Part shown: positions 25,927 to 37,999 of the stretch, piece after piece
Position numbering within the stretch: position 1 is the stretch's first letter
How the letters are laid out: each line of letters opens with the position of its first letter
NCBI GenBank assembly: GCA_038496445.1
Contig: JALMLS010000155.1
Location: forward strand, 158,064 to 222,063
DNA: 64,000 nt
Source: Trichosphaerium sp. ATCC 40318
Lineage: Eukaryota; Protista; Tubulinea
Reading direction: 5' to 3'
The notes under the pieces: generated by a model
What the model was told of the DNA's origin: nothing
What the model saw: only the letters and a program-made list of their open reading frames with translations
The model's database searches: none
Position numbers and translations under genes: made by a program

Positions 25927-26361
25927 AAAACACAATCCAAAATAGTTTATTGTTGTACACTAAACAACACCATGTTACAATAAAGTAGCTACAAAGAAAT
26001 GTATAGTTGACTTGAACATGTGATGTACTGACTTGCACCAATAATGTAACTCAGTATTGTTCTTCCCTACGTTGTCAATGATATACGTTGCGCTTGTAGC
26101 AGCTTAAGTACAATACTGTAAATCTCTCACAGATGCGCTTTTCAATTTATAATTAATAACTTAGCATGTTGTCACAGCACGATCTAATCTGATAAATGAT
26201 TGATAAAGAACACTCGCAACTGTAAGTGTCTCTTCAAGGTTCTTACTGTTATTCATCAAAATACGTATTGGTGCGGCCACATGGATTCAACAAACTCAGA
26301 GCAGCTAAACTTAACACAAGTGATTCTTTATTTGCTACGTATACACCAGTAGCACTCTAAT

Positions 26362-27836
26362 ATGCTATCAAGGGTTCAACGGTACATTTTTGTAGGCAAT
26401 AGAATAAAATAGCCTTAAAAATAACATTAGGTTTACTCAACAGTCGCACACACGCGGAAGAGTGCTATCACAGAGGCGACAGCAACATAAAGTTAAAGCA
26501 GTTAAAAACTATTCAACTTCGCCAATACCACCCTTTGGAGATCCAAAGAGCCCTGTAGTAATCACTTGCGCTATTACAGGAGATGTGCCTTCAACAGACC
26601 GTATACCAGTCCCAGTAACTCCAGAACAGCAGGTATGCGCTACATACGACACTATTCGTTATTGTGTTTCGTTCACGAACGGAAATTAACTTTAGTGTAG
26701 GTAGCCTCTATTCTTGAAGCACATGAGGCTGGCGCCTCTGTTGTGCACTTGCACGTACGCGATGAGGTACGTGGTCCTTTTTGACACTTTCTTTGGTCAA
26801 AAATAAAACCGAACAGGGCGATTATTGACACTCTGTTTTTAGAATGCCAAATGCACGTTCAATCCAGATTTATATAAAAAAGTAATGGATGGTGTCAGAG
26901 AAAAAGCTCCAGAAATGATTCTAGAGTTCTCAACAGGTCAGACTTGTTTTTTTTATGTTGCAACAAAACATAAATTTTCAAGATAGGTAACTATGCTCCA
27001 ACCGTTCAAGATCGCGCTTTGTGTCTACAACACAAACCTGATATGGCATCGTTATGCCCCGGCTCAGTGAACTTCAAGGCAACGAGACCAGGTAAAGATA
27101 TCTTCAAGTACGACATACAACATAAGATTTATGAAATTGCTAAAGAGTATAATGTACAGACAGTTCCTAAACACCCACGAAGAGATTGATTATCTAGCAA
27201 AGACAATGATGGATAATAATATTAAACCAGATGTTGCAATATTCGATGTCAGGTTCGAGTTTTCTTTTGAGGCAGCTTGACGTGTCAACATTTGTCATTT
27301 TATAAGTTCAGTGAATCTCAAACGTCACAATTAATACTTTGACACCGCTGACCTCCTACTAGTATGTTGTATCATACCAATGACCTCATACGACAGGGTA
27401 AACTTAAAACGCCTGTAAGACTTATGTTCGTTATGGGAGGACATATGGGACTCGAAGCAAGGAGACCATTATTAGATTTTCTTGTTAAGGAAAGTACTGA
27501 TTTATTGGGTAAAGAAAACTTTACATGGCAAACAGTGGGAGTCGGTTGGAATCATGATTCTATTGCTAAATGGACTCTTGATCTAGGAGGTATGTGTATA
27601 CAACTGTATCACTGGATTAAAGCACAACCTTGCATTGTTTCTGCAATATTGTAGTCATGCCTTTTTTTTTTTTAGGTCATTTACGCACAGGGTTTGAAGA
27701 TTCCCTCATGATTCGTAGAGGTGTATTTGCAAAATCAAACGCGGATTTGGTTAGGCATATGGCTAGCCTATGCAAAGCTATTGATAGACCAGTTGCAACT
27801 CCACAACAAGCGCGTGAAATTATTGGTCTAAACTAG
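26362..27836 (+). CDS. Beta-keto acid cleavage enzyme (BKACE/DUF849, Kce-like) with a predicted mitochondrial presequence
   Basis: VITCAITG, PVTPEQ, EAGASVVHLHVRD, PDMASLCPGSVNF, GGHLRTGFED, RPVATPQQAREI; Arg-rich N-terminus without acidic residues. Confidence 0.9.
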
Positions 27837-28297
27837 TTCAGATGAAAACTATAAATGTAAAACTAGTTAAAGAACAAATTAGGAATATTTGGCATTTTTC
27901 TTGAGAAACCGCCACAAATTGCACCTTTGTTAGCCGCTACCTGAGGCAGTTTGACTAAAGTAGTCTTGGTCCTTTTTTGAAACGAGTACCTTGTTTGCCT
28001 TTTAGTTTTTGTTGCATATTAGGTGGTAAACAATGGAAACTCCATCAATGAAAGCTCAAAATAAGTTTGTGGGAAATTTGTTTAGGGATTGATTTGTGTT
28101 ATTCTTTAAAAAAGGCGAGATGTTCACTTATTTTCCAACAAAACAAATCACAGAAAACACTTTGAGCATTACAACGCTTGCTCAGTACACATAATCACGC
28201 CAATATTATCCACATATTTATACAATAAACACGAAACTTACAATTGGAATTTGCCAAACCCTTTACACCTTTTCCACCAACTTGTCAGGCTATTCAA

Positions 28298-29781
28298 ATG
28301 ACAACCAAAACAAAGAGAGAATGTAAACGAGAATTACATAAAAACTGTGGTACGTAGGACAATTCTCATTCTTACATTGCAATATCGATTAACAGCGCGT
28401 TAGAGCCCGTTTTGCTACTCAAAGTGCCGCGGGAAGTACTATGCGCAATTTTTGCTGAAATACAGGAGATAAAGCATTTACACAACGTTATATGCGTAAA
28501 TAAGTTATTCAGGAGGCTAGTTAGCACTTCTAGAGTTTTTTCTGTAAGTACATTTTTTTACATTTTACAATTACACAACAAGGTTTCTTTCCGTTCGACG
28601 CTGCCACATAGCATCCAAATAATTAAAACTGGCTCTCGGACCATTTTTGCGCAAAACAAAGCTAAATAAGTACAATAGGCTAGTTTGCTCCTCCGCTCTG
28701 TTAAAGCTGAACCAAAGTGTTCATCAATTCCTCTCCGATGGATCACAGGCATTACTTCAACTCCTTCAGGACATGTTCGTCTTTTTTTTTTCTCAACTTC
28801 TTCTGATACATCGTAGGTGTTACTTGTCGATAAACACTCTACAAATAACCGAATACGATCACACCACAGGTACAATACACTCTACCCTCGGAGGCAGCTC
28901 AACACCACGAAGCTCCAGAAGAAGGGACACACGTTTATCACTCGCATATCCTTCAGGTATCTGCTATGGTACGTATTCAATACAAAGTCGTTTGTCTAAA
29001 GCTAAATTTGACTTTGTTGATAGATGATCTTACCAACTCGCTCATTTTCAGTGATACGATGAGACACTCCATTCGCTCGCATAACTTGAACACCGGAAAG
29101 GTAGAAACTCTGGTGGGCAACCCTCTCCAGAAGGGATACAAAGATGGTGTAGGCAGTAAAGCAGTTTTCCATACGCCATTTGCTATCTGCAAAGACAGGC
29201 ACAGAAACATCCTAGGTACGTACTTACAAGACCAAGCTCTGGCTAACTCGTCCTCAGTTTGCGACTTTTTAAATAGGTGCATCCGAAAGTTCTCCCTAAA
29301 AACACGTGAATGCACAACCCTTGCAGGCGCTGTTAGCCCATACAACGCCTTGGACGTCCAAAAGCGCCAAGATGATGGACCTGCACTCAAAGCGAGATTT
29401 CTTCAACCATGGGATGTCACTGTAGCACCAAGACAACCTGGTGTATACGTAGCAGACTTTAGATCAATACGCCTCATAAAGAACAAGACTGTGTCAACAA
29501 TATTGACACACAAAGAATCTATCTACAGTCTAGCCTTTGATGATAAAGGTGACTTGTTTTTTGGTGCTCATGATGGAATCTATAAGTTGTTTCTTACAAC
29601 AAAATCAAAAAGGGTTATAAAGTTACGTACAACTCAACGGATAACATTTGCACGTGCTATACATTTTGTAGCCCCAAGTACTTTAATCGTTGCCACTTGC
29701 GATTCAAACAATCGCAGTTCTCAAGTTCACCAAATAGACTTAACATCTCTTGCAACGGAATGTCTTAATTGGCAATTTTAG
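28298..29781 (+). CDS. F-box-like plus NHL-repeat beta-propeller protein
   Basis: LLKVPREVLCAIF...VICVNKLF; NHL repeats YPSGICYD..LIFSDT, GYKDGVGSKAVFHTPFAI, DDGPALKARFLQPWDV. Confidence 0.75.
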
Positions 29782-29882
29782 TTATATTTTGTCATATTGT
29801 ATACATAATTGCAGTAACATGCAAGCTTGTAAATAAAACTACTAAAAAATGACAGTTGTCAGTTAAGCTATCATAACAACTT

Positions 29883-30669
29883 TTAGCTTGTTTCACTGAT
29901 TGATGTTGTACGAAGTAGCAGTTGTAGTCTAAACGGATAATTGAGTGATCTAGAAGCTATAGGGATAATGACAGCATCATCATCGCCTACAGACTCATCT
30001 TCCTGGCTGTCCTCCATTGTAAAGTCCATTTTATCTACATCAACACTTTCAACCGTTTCAACCGATGTCCACGTTTCAGAAAGTGTATTTGGAGACTTGG
30101 TGTGACACACAATTCTCCATCGAACATCTTAAAGCAAGTTAGTATTTGTGTTGTCTGACATAAGCAATACCATCAAGGGAGAACTGTTGCAAAGCAGGTG
30201 GTTTTGTGTCGAGATTTCGCAAAAATGGAGACAGATTTGGAGCATAAGATTTTGACATTTCATAACAATTAGAGATTTCAAGTATTAGTTCCTCTGTACG
30301 TAATAAGATAGTTGTTTGCTAGTTTTAGTACCTAAAGTATCTGAGGTGTTGATGTCGTAAACTTGAAGCCTGATAGAGTCTATTGAGTCGCTTGATGAAG
30401 ATAAACTGATTTCTTCGAGCGTTGCACGAATGTAATCGCAAAGTTGGTCAGATGTACTCCTAAAGTATGATGCAACGCCAATTACACTCCTATTGAACGT
30501 TGTAGGCGGGTATCTTACATGTTAAGTTAAAATAAGATTATGTTAATCCCCAAACGGTGGATACAGTCCGCGAACATACAAATAATGATGTATCACGCAT
30601 TCTACAAACAGTTACATCACCCATTACATTTACTGTACCTAAATTCCGATACAACACTCCAGTTGACAT
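29883..30669 (-). CDS. REV7: HORMA-domain protein, REV7/MAD2L2-like
   Basis: Spliced LECVIHHYLYVRGL|YPPTTF...LCDYIRATL; C-terminal IIPIASRSLNYPFRLQL resembles the REV7 C-terminus. Confidence 0.75.
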
Positions 30670-30800
30670 GCAACAGGAAGAGCCTTGCCTAACAAACCAA
30701 AATCCCGCACGTCAGTACGAAAATTGTCACCGCTATTCTTTGACACCACAAAAAACCCAAATACTAATTGCTTTTATACGCGCATAATGATGAAAGTACT

Positions 30801-32468
30801 TTATACAAATAAATGGAAAGCCCACTATTACCGCGTAGGCAGCTCAACTTACAATCTTTTTTACATTTAAGATTGCGAATCCAATATCATTTTGTTGTAC
30901 AATTTTCATATTATGCTCCTCCAATAAGTCCTTGTTTGCGGTCCAATCCTATTCGTGTCAACATATCGCTTACACTAAGGCAAATAAAGCTAATACTTAC
31001 AGCACCAGGAACAAGAGGTGAAACGAATATGGCGTCAGGGTTTTCTTCAATAAAAGATGCTGTAATGTCTTTAACGTATGTTGAATCGCCACTAGCACCG
31101 CTTATCACAATACTAGCATTTTTGTGCTACAAATACTTGGTTTAGATTACGTTCTATAGAAGCACAATATAATTTAGTACCTGTTTCTCGTCACAAAATA
31201 CGAAAGTGGTGCCTATACATAACACTATTTAACAAAAAAACAAATTGCGCACGTGCTGGCATACCTGAAAATAGTTTTTGACGCCCCTCGCTGTCTTGTG
31301 ACGCAAAAAATTCTGCTTTAATACTTGGATCACCAAGAGGTGGCAAGAAGCTAGCATAAACAATTAACAAATAATTGAAAAAAAAGCGCAAATAAATTAA
31401 TGCAAACAAAAAATGACGCCAAGAAACATACTCAACATGGTCTGGTAGAGGGTTTTCCCATTGTGAATCTCTGTCCTTTATTGCCTTGATGTAATCGACA
31501 GACACTACAGGAATGCCAAGCAACAAGCTCTGCATTACCTTAAAGCGAAAAATAGTTAATTATTTGGTGCCTCAAAAAACTTTTACCTTTACTGTAACAT
31601 CCAACTTGGTCATTACTAAATGTGTTGCTTCGGTGACATCTGTTACCATTTCGCAGACTGAAATTCGTAAGAATGAGATAATTAGGTTTGTAAAAAAACA
31701 AAAACAAACTCGTGTAAAATGCGCACGTATATCTGATACATGTTCCTTTATATTTTGTCGCTCAGCGCGGCGTATACCAGAGCAACAAAATTTAAAAGGC
31801 TCTTTCTGTACTTCCAAGCGTGTATTGGAAGCGCCAAGCTAGCTTAGAGTTAACAATCTCCAATTTGAATATTTTAATAACGTTAGTTTGTTTTTTTTTC
31901 ACCAAATAAATGGCTTGTGTTCTAAAACTGTGCGTTTCGATACGTAGAAAGCGGATTTGGCGTTTACGGCTTACCTCAATAATGTCACCTGGTTGGATAA
32001 CGACAGATTGTCCAGTGTAGCGTTGGTTGTTGTGAAGAGTACCAGTTTTACTTTCGTCCTTTAGAGACAGCTGTGGTTTGCCATTTTTCATTTCAACAAC
32101 AAGATCCGCATGGTGTCGCGATATGGCTTTATCACCTTGTATCAATATATCCGTTTCTGTAAAGGTGTTAGGGAGCGAGTGGCATGCAAAAACAGTAACT
32201 TTTAGATAATAAAACAGTATAAGGTCTTCGTTTAAACGTGAAATTGCCCTTTAAATACGCAGCTACAATTAAAATGCCAAGAATATGGCAACAAGCTCTT
32301 AACGGTAGATAGGCACTAAATACAACGAAAGTCACGCACCCTTCCTGCCAATACTGTAACTGCCCACTTTTGTGAAGTAGAACTTTGTTTGCGCTTATCT
32401 TGGTTAGTTTTGCGCGGATAATTCATTTTCGTACTTCCATCTTTGCTTGTTAAGTGTATGATCCACAT
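30801..32468 (-). CDS. NBS1: Nibrin/NBS1-like protein (FHA plus tandem BRCT), short; exact stop uncertain (30801 or 30844)
   Basis: MWII start, YSIGRK..DKAISRHHA..SKTGT (FHA), THLVM..VTVK..LLLGIPVVS (BRCT1), FLPPL..RQKLFSG, QNDIGFAIL (end of BRCT2). Confidence 0.8.
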
Positions 32469-32852
32469 TCAATGTGCGTTAGCCTTACGTATGAGCAATA
32501 TAAATTGAGGAAGTCTAATAAAGTCATCCAAAATTGTCAATGAATGGAAATTTCAGCTGACAGAATTCTAGCAAGCTTTACTCAACCCCAAAACAAGGTA
32601 ATTGCACTTTTCTCAGATTTCCAAAGCGGAGCAATACTGGTGCAATTCCTTACAAGGTAAAACATGCGAGTGTAATCAAAAAAACAAATAATAATTTTCT
32701 TTTTTTGGGATAAGTTTTTATGAGCGTCAAACATCATTTGTCAATACGTTTGTCGCTACGTTATTACACGCGCGATGTACAAATAGTGCAAAAAGGCTGT
32801 TATGTGACAGCAAGAGCCGGTACCATGCTCCAATTCAGGGACCAATAAGCAA

Positions 32853-33946
32853 TTACATGTGTGGCGGTCCTTTTGGTGGGTAACCTGGTGGTGGGCCGTT
32901 GTAGCCTGGTGGTGGCGGTCCTTTAAATCCTGGACCTCCTGGTGGTCCACCGTAACCTGGTGGTGGTCCTTTATAGCCTGGTGGCGGTCCACCGTAACCT
33001 GGTGGCGGTCCTTTGTAGCCTGGCGGTGGTCCACCATAACCTGGTGGAGGTCCTTTGTAACCTGGTGGTGGTCCACCAAATCCACGAGGAGGTGGTCCTT
33101 TGAATCCTGGTGGAGGAGGGCCTTTGTAACCTGGTGGTGGCCTTTTTGGCATACCATATTTAATAGGGCCAGCTTGCACTACGAGATGTTAGTAATGATT
33201 TTTGAAAGAAAATGTACACGAAATGTTAAATTGTTAACGCCTATTTCACTTGTACAACGTACCTTGAGGTTGCATCATGCCTGGTGCAGGGCCACCAAGA
33301 CCTTTTGGTGGGCCAGCAAGGCCTGGTGGACCTTGCATGCCTGGAGGAAGTGACATACCACGTCCAGCAGCACGTCCCATACCTGGACCGACAGGTAGGC
33401 TACCAATGCCTCTGCGTTGCTCCTAAATGTAGTGTTATTAACGTGCAGTGTACCAGGCGAGAATGACACTTGTAGGAAACTCTCAAACGAATTTTGTTTT
33501 TAAATTGTTTGAAAAAAAAAAATGTACCTCTGGCGGTGGTGGCCCTTCGACACTCAAAGATACGATAGTTTCACCGCGAATTATTAATAAACCCAACTGG
33601 CGCTTAATTTCCCTTTGTTCTTTTCCTTTTCCTTTGACACCAACAAGACGGTGCTCTTCCGAGTCAGATAAGATAAGATTCATGTGTTTATCAAAGGCCA
33701 TTAGCTGACCAACCATCCAACGACCATCTTGTATTGTGATGCGCATGCGATAATTCAGCAATTGCTGCATCTTGCTGCTCTTTGTCATCGACTAGCAAGA
33801 TCAGCGACAATACCACCCCAATAAAAGTAAAACAGCGCAATTGTGATCAAACGCTATTCGCGTAGTGCCGTTATATACACTGAAACGGTTGTAGCGAAAA
33901 AACGCGTCGATTTTGCTAAAAACTTTGCGTAAAAAGCACGTACCAT
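32853..33946 (-). CDS. SNRPB: snRNP core protein SmB/B'
   Basis: KSSKMQQLLNYRMRITIQDGR..AFDKHMNLIL..LGLLIIRGETIVSLSVEGPPP, GRG motifs, Pro/Gly tail; first coding exon is the ATG alone. Confidence 0.95.
32862..33142 (-). repeat. Coding tandem repeat, 21-nt unit encoding GPPPGY(K/G)
   Basis: Visible in ORF 32853-33179. Confidence 0.9.
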
Positions 33947-34175
33947 GTTGGGCGTCGAGTGAACAGAAACTTGTAGCTTAGAAGTGGCAAAGAAGAAGCA
34001 ATACGAGGTGATCCAAACTTAAAGCGATCGCTTTTGTTTTTTTATTAAGTCAAGTATCAATTTTTGTTTGGTGGACTCTATGGGTTGTTGTCGATGTTGT
34101 AATGAGGTATTGGTTACGATTCAGTTGTTATTCAGTCGCATGCACTTACAACAATTCTGTTGTGGACTTGTTCGT

Positions 34176-34952
34176 TCAATTTGTGCTAAGCTTGCTTTTC
34201 ATGTACATCAACTCTTTGGCCATCTCTCTGCGCTCTCTGCGCGCTTCTCTACCATTGGGTTTGTTGGCCATAGCAGACTGTAGGGTAGCTATTTGTTGCT
34301 CCAAAGATGTACTCATGTGATTGGATGAGTTTATGTTTATGCTATTGACACGTGGCTCAATCAACATGTCTTGTGACCGTGCTACCTCCTGTAAATTGTT
34401 GTCCACGATAGAGAGACCTGCGTTAGATTCGAGCGAGTGTATAGTAGCAAGAGCTGCATCCCGTTCCTTACTGTAATACCGTTACACATAAAACACTTGT
34501 GGAATTACGCACACTATGGCAGCAATCTGAGCTGAGTACTGATTAACTCGTTTTTCCAATTCGTCTCGTTCGAGTCGCGCTGACTCTGCCTCATCCGCCC
34601 TCTAGACCGCGTTAATACGTCGTCTCACAAAGGAATGAGTGAGTAAGTGGCGAGTAAATCATGTACCAATAAGTGTTTTGGTTGGTATTCCTTTGGAAGT
34701 GCTGACGCTGAAGGAAATGTACTAAAGCCTTGGTTTGAGGTTAAAGCAGTTGTTGGCTGTAGCGCGGTTTGGCCACCACCAGAATTGCCAATCAATCCTA
34801 ATATCAATGACGTAACGCACAATCAAGTTTACAGTACGTGGCGCCAGCCCAGGGAATATGGATAGTACAGTTTGCCTTTCCTCACTCGTCCAAGAAGAGT
34901 CGTCGTTAAATGACGCCCTTACGTTTTGAGTAAACTCGGGTGTTGTGGTCAT
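34176..34952 (-). CDS. Hypothetical small coiled-coil protein, about 3 introns
   Basis: Exons with GT-AG borders join into MTTTPEF...RADEAESARLERDELEKRV...REMAKELMYMKSKLSTN*. Confidence 0.55.
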
Positions 34953-35053
34953 CACTCGAGCGTAAAACAAAAACAAAAAAAAACAGCAGTCAACGAGTAA
35001 ATAGGTAGTAGTTACGTGTTCCAGCGAAAAAGGTTTATTAGTTGATTCAACGC

Positions 35054-35472
35054 TCAAGAAAGGTACTTTTTCAAGATGTCAGCGACTACACCAACATACT
35101 TCTCCATGGCATCGTCCTTGGACATACCTTCCATAGAAATAAGCAACTGGTACAAAAAAAAAAAAAAAATTATACCTTTACGGCTCTCCCAAGCATCCCA
35201 TTTAGCCTTGGCTTCTAATTGAATGCTCCATGGTGAAGCTATAAGTATTAGTTGGCGCAGCAACATTTCCCGTAGTACGAATACCTGCAGAATTATCGCC
35301 AACAGTGGCTTGCTTGTACAAACCGTACAATTGAAGCAATTCTTCGTTGGTTGGTTTCTTTCCAACTTCTTGGAGCTTTGTTTTAACGTCAGAAGCGGCA
35401 GTTTCGAATCTAGTCTAAAGGGCGTTAATATAGCACCAAAGTTGAAAGAAAGCGTGCCTTGAGGTCGGCCAT
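35054..35472 (-). CDS. ACBP: Acyl-CoA-binding protein; first intron is GC-AG
   Basis: FETAA..PTNEELLQLYGLYKQATVGD..KAKWDAW..MSKDDAMEKYV. Confidence 0.95.
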
Positions 35473-35852
35473 TTTGGAATTATTAGTAGGTTTTTGAAAA
35501 TACCTTGCTTGACTTGGTTCACTAACCCTGTACCATAACTGATTGGCCCCACTATTTGCCTACAACTGCCATACGTCAACATGTAAACAGCAGATTGTAA
35601 AATAATAAAAGAGCTGCTTCTACATCGTCACGAAAGGATTAAAATTGTAATCAATTGCACTCTACAAGGCTTACAAGGCTTATGAAATTGTTTTGCGGTT
35701 TTTTTTTTTTGCAACGTCGTACTCAAAAGTTGAAAACGGTATCGTAGCGCCGCATTGGCATCATTCGTATTTCAACCGCTTCCCGTTTATTCGAGAACCA
35801 CCCATCCTTAAGGGAGTTTTAGTTGAAACGTACAAATTGTAATTCCACCCAG

Positions 35853-37646
35853 ATGTCACAGACGCTCTACAGTACGCCGTCACTCAACTTATTTCAGCAA
35901 GTAGCAGAGAATGAACCCGCAACAGCCAATAAAGCCAGCTTGGGTTTCTCTGCAAGCCTCGGAGGTATGATGTCCCTTGATAATACCCAGCCTACTCCCG
36001 TAGCTCAGAAGCAGCCTACACAACACCAACCATCTTCGAACGGGCAAAAACAAGAGCCCACGTCGCTGCTTGGCTATGGGCAACCGTACTCCCTCCCTGA
36101 AACGGCCAAAGACCTGCCACCTGCCAATATATTTGATCCTTTACACCCAACGCCTTCAAGTAGCGTTCCAACACCCGCAGCGCAACCGAACCTACAGCAA
36201 AGTATTAGTCAACAGTACAATTCACAGCACTCTCAGCACGCAGCAAATAGCGTGCCCGTAACTCAAGCGCAATCTTCACCAGCTCCAGCACAAAAAGCAC
36301 CAACTGCTCCATCTGACAGTTTAATTGTATTAACCAAGGTACGTTAAATATACTCGATTTTAAACCGGTTTTATGTTACAAGGAGCTATTTAAAAAAAGC
36401 CAAAGCGTTAATTGTGTTAAATTATAACAAAGTCTCTTATACCCCTTTGTGCTTACCATCCTACGCTTTAGTTACAAGCCCACCTCGAAAAAATATCAAA
36501 CTACATGGTAAGTGTTGACGAGCGTTTGAAGAAACTTGAAACCACCTCACAGAGTATACTGCGCACTCAATCCACGTCTGAGGCTAAAAGGTACCTGCGC
36601 AATCAACTTCATTTGTATCAAAAGAATAACTTGTGTTCAGGAAAGCCTTTGAAGATGTCGTTGAATCAGAGTTAGAAATTATTAAAGGCACACAACAACA
36701 ACAATCCAGGTCACTTACAGCTATCATGTCTTCTGGTGCGTACCCAACAGGATCCGAGAAAGTTTTCTTCAAACCAAACACGGTTTTTTTTCCAAAACAA
36801 ATTTCTTACCAACGGTTCTTTTATAGTACAACTACAAACACAACACGAACTTGAAAAAGTGTCAAGGCGACTGGATGCTCGTACACAGCATGCACCTCCT
36901 CCACCAGCACATACCCAATACGTCGAAGATGACCTAGAACTCGCCAGGCGCTTACAAGCGCAATTTGACAATGAAGGTGCTGATGCCTCTACCTCACGCA
37001 AGAAGCGACGCAGCCATTATCCTAAGGTGACATCCACACCTTCTGAGCCTACTTCTCATGCTTCAGATTTGGAGTTTGCAAAACAACTACAAGTAAGTGT
37101 ATTGAATAAATCAATAAAAGAAAAAAAAATTCTTACACTTCTGTTTTAGGCTCAGTTCGACAGTGAAGCGGTAGATACTGAAGCAAAAGAAGAAGGCAGG
37201 GGCGAAGGAAAGGGTTTCTGGTCAAAAGTATTTGGCCCTAAACGCGACGGGCCAATTGACTATGACTCAACAACAACTGAAAAGGAACCAAAGGAAGAAA
37301 CTTCTAAGCCAAAACGAAAAAAGAAGAGCTCCTCCTCCAAAACTTCTAAACCATCAGGAGGTACTGACGGTTTTTAATTAAAATTTGTCAATGCTAGTTC
37401 GTCAAAACAATTAAGTTTTATGTAACGAAAACTAATTTGTCATTAGATCAACCGACATACCAACAGCCGCAAGCGACACCAGCCTACCCTTATTATTTAC
37501 CGCAAATGCCTATGCAACAAATGCCTCAGATGGCAATGTATCCAAACGCTACACAAATGCAACCTATGGCTCAAATGCAGCCAGCAATGGCACCATATCA
37601 AGCCACCGGTCAAATGGCTCAACCTATGTATTATGTCCAACAGTAA
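35853..37646 (+). CDS. Q/P-rich protein with a coiled coil and two UIM-like motifs
   Basis: DDLELARRLQAQFDNE and SDLEFAKQLQ|AQFDSE; VDERLKKLE coiled coil; MQPM-rich tail. Confidence 0.65.
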
Positions 37647-37999
37647 GATCTGGCCTAGTGCGCTTGTTCGTTTCAGGCATGATACGTTATTGAGTTACGC
37701 GCCACAGAGGGCTCGTTGTAAAGTTAGAAGCCTCATTGGAGCAAATGCTGTAAATAAACACAAACAAAAAAAAAAAAAAAAAAGTAAGCAGTTGCCGCAA
37801 AAGCGAATAAGGAAACCCTCCTACAAGGCCCGTTTACGAGTTGTGAAAGTGCCACATCGTTTGCGTTAGTAGTGTTTGGTACACTTAGATTGCTTTGCAG
37901 TTTTGTACTGGAAAGGATAAAAAATAAAAAGAAGTTTGGCTTAACAGAAAATTGTGTCCTAAAATTACGAGCGAACCCGTACTGTGACATCTCAACAAC

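Noticed and set aside
28944-28951. Perfect AT-AC-type donor ATATCCTT in the NHL gene
   Set aside because: It lies in coding sequence (A-Y-P-S of an NHL repeat); a normal GTACGT intron follows shortly after.
32756-33353. Trp-rich and His/Gln-rich ORFs overlapping SmB (similar ones at 619-883 and 9299-9640)
   Set aside because: Shadow frames of Pro/Gly or PSEA/TPG coding repeats.
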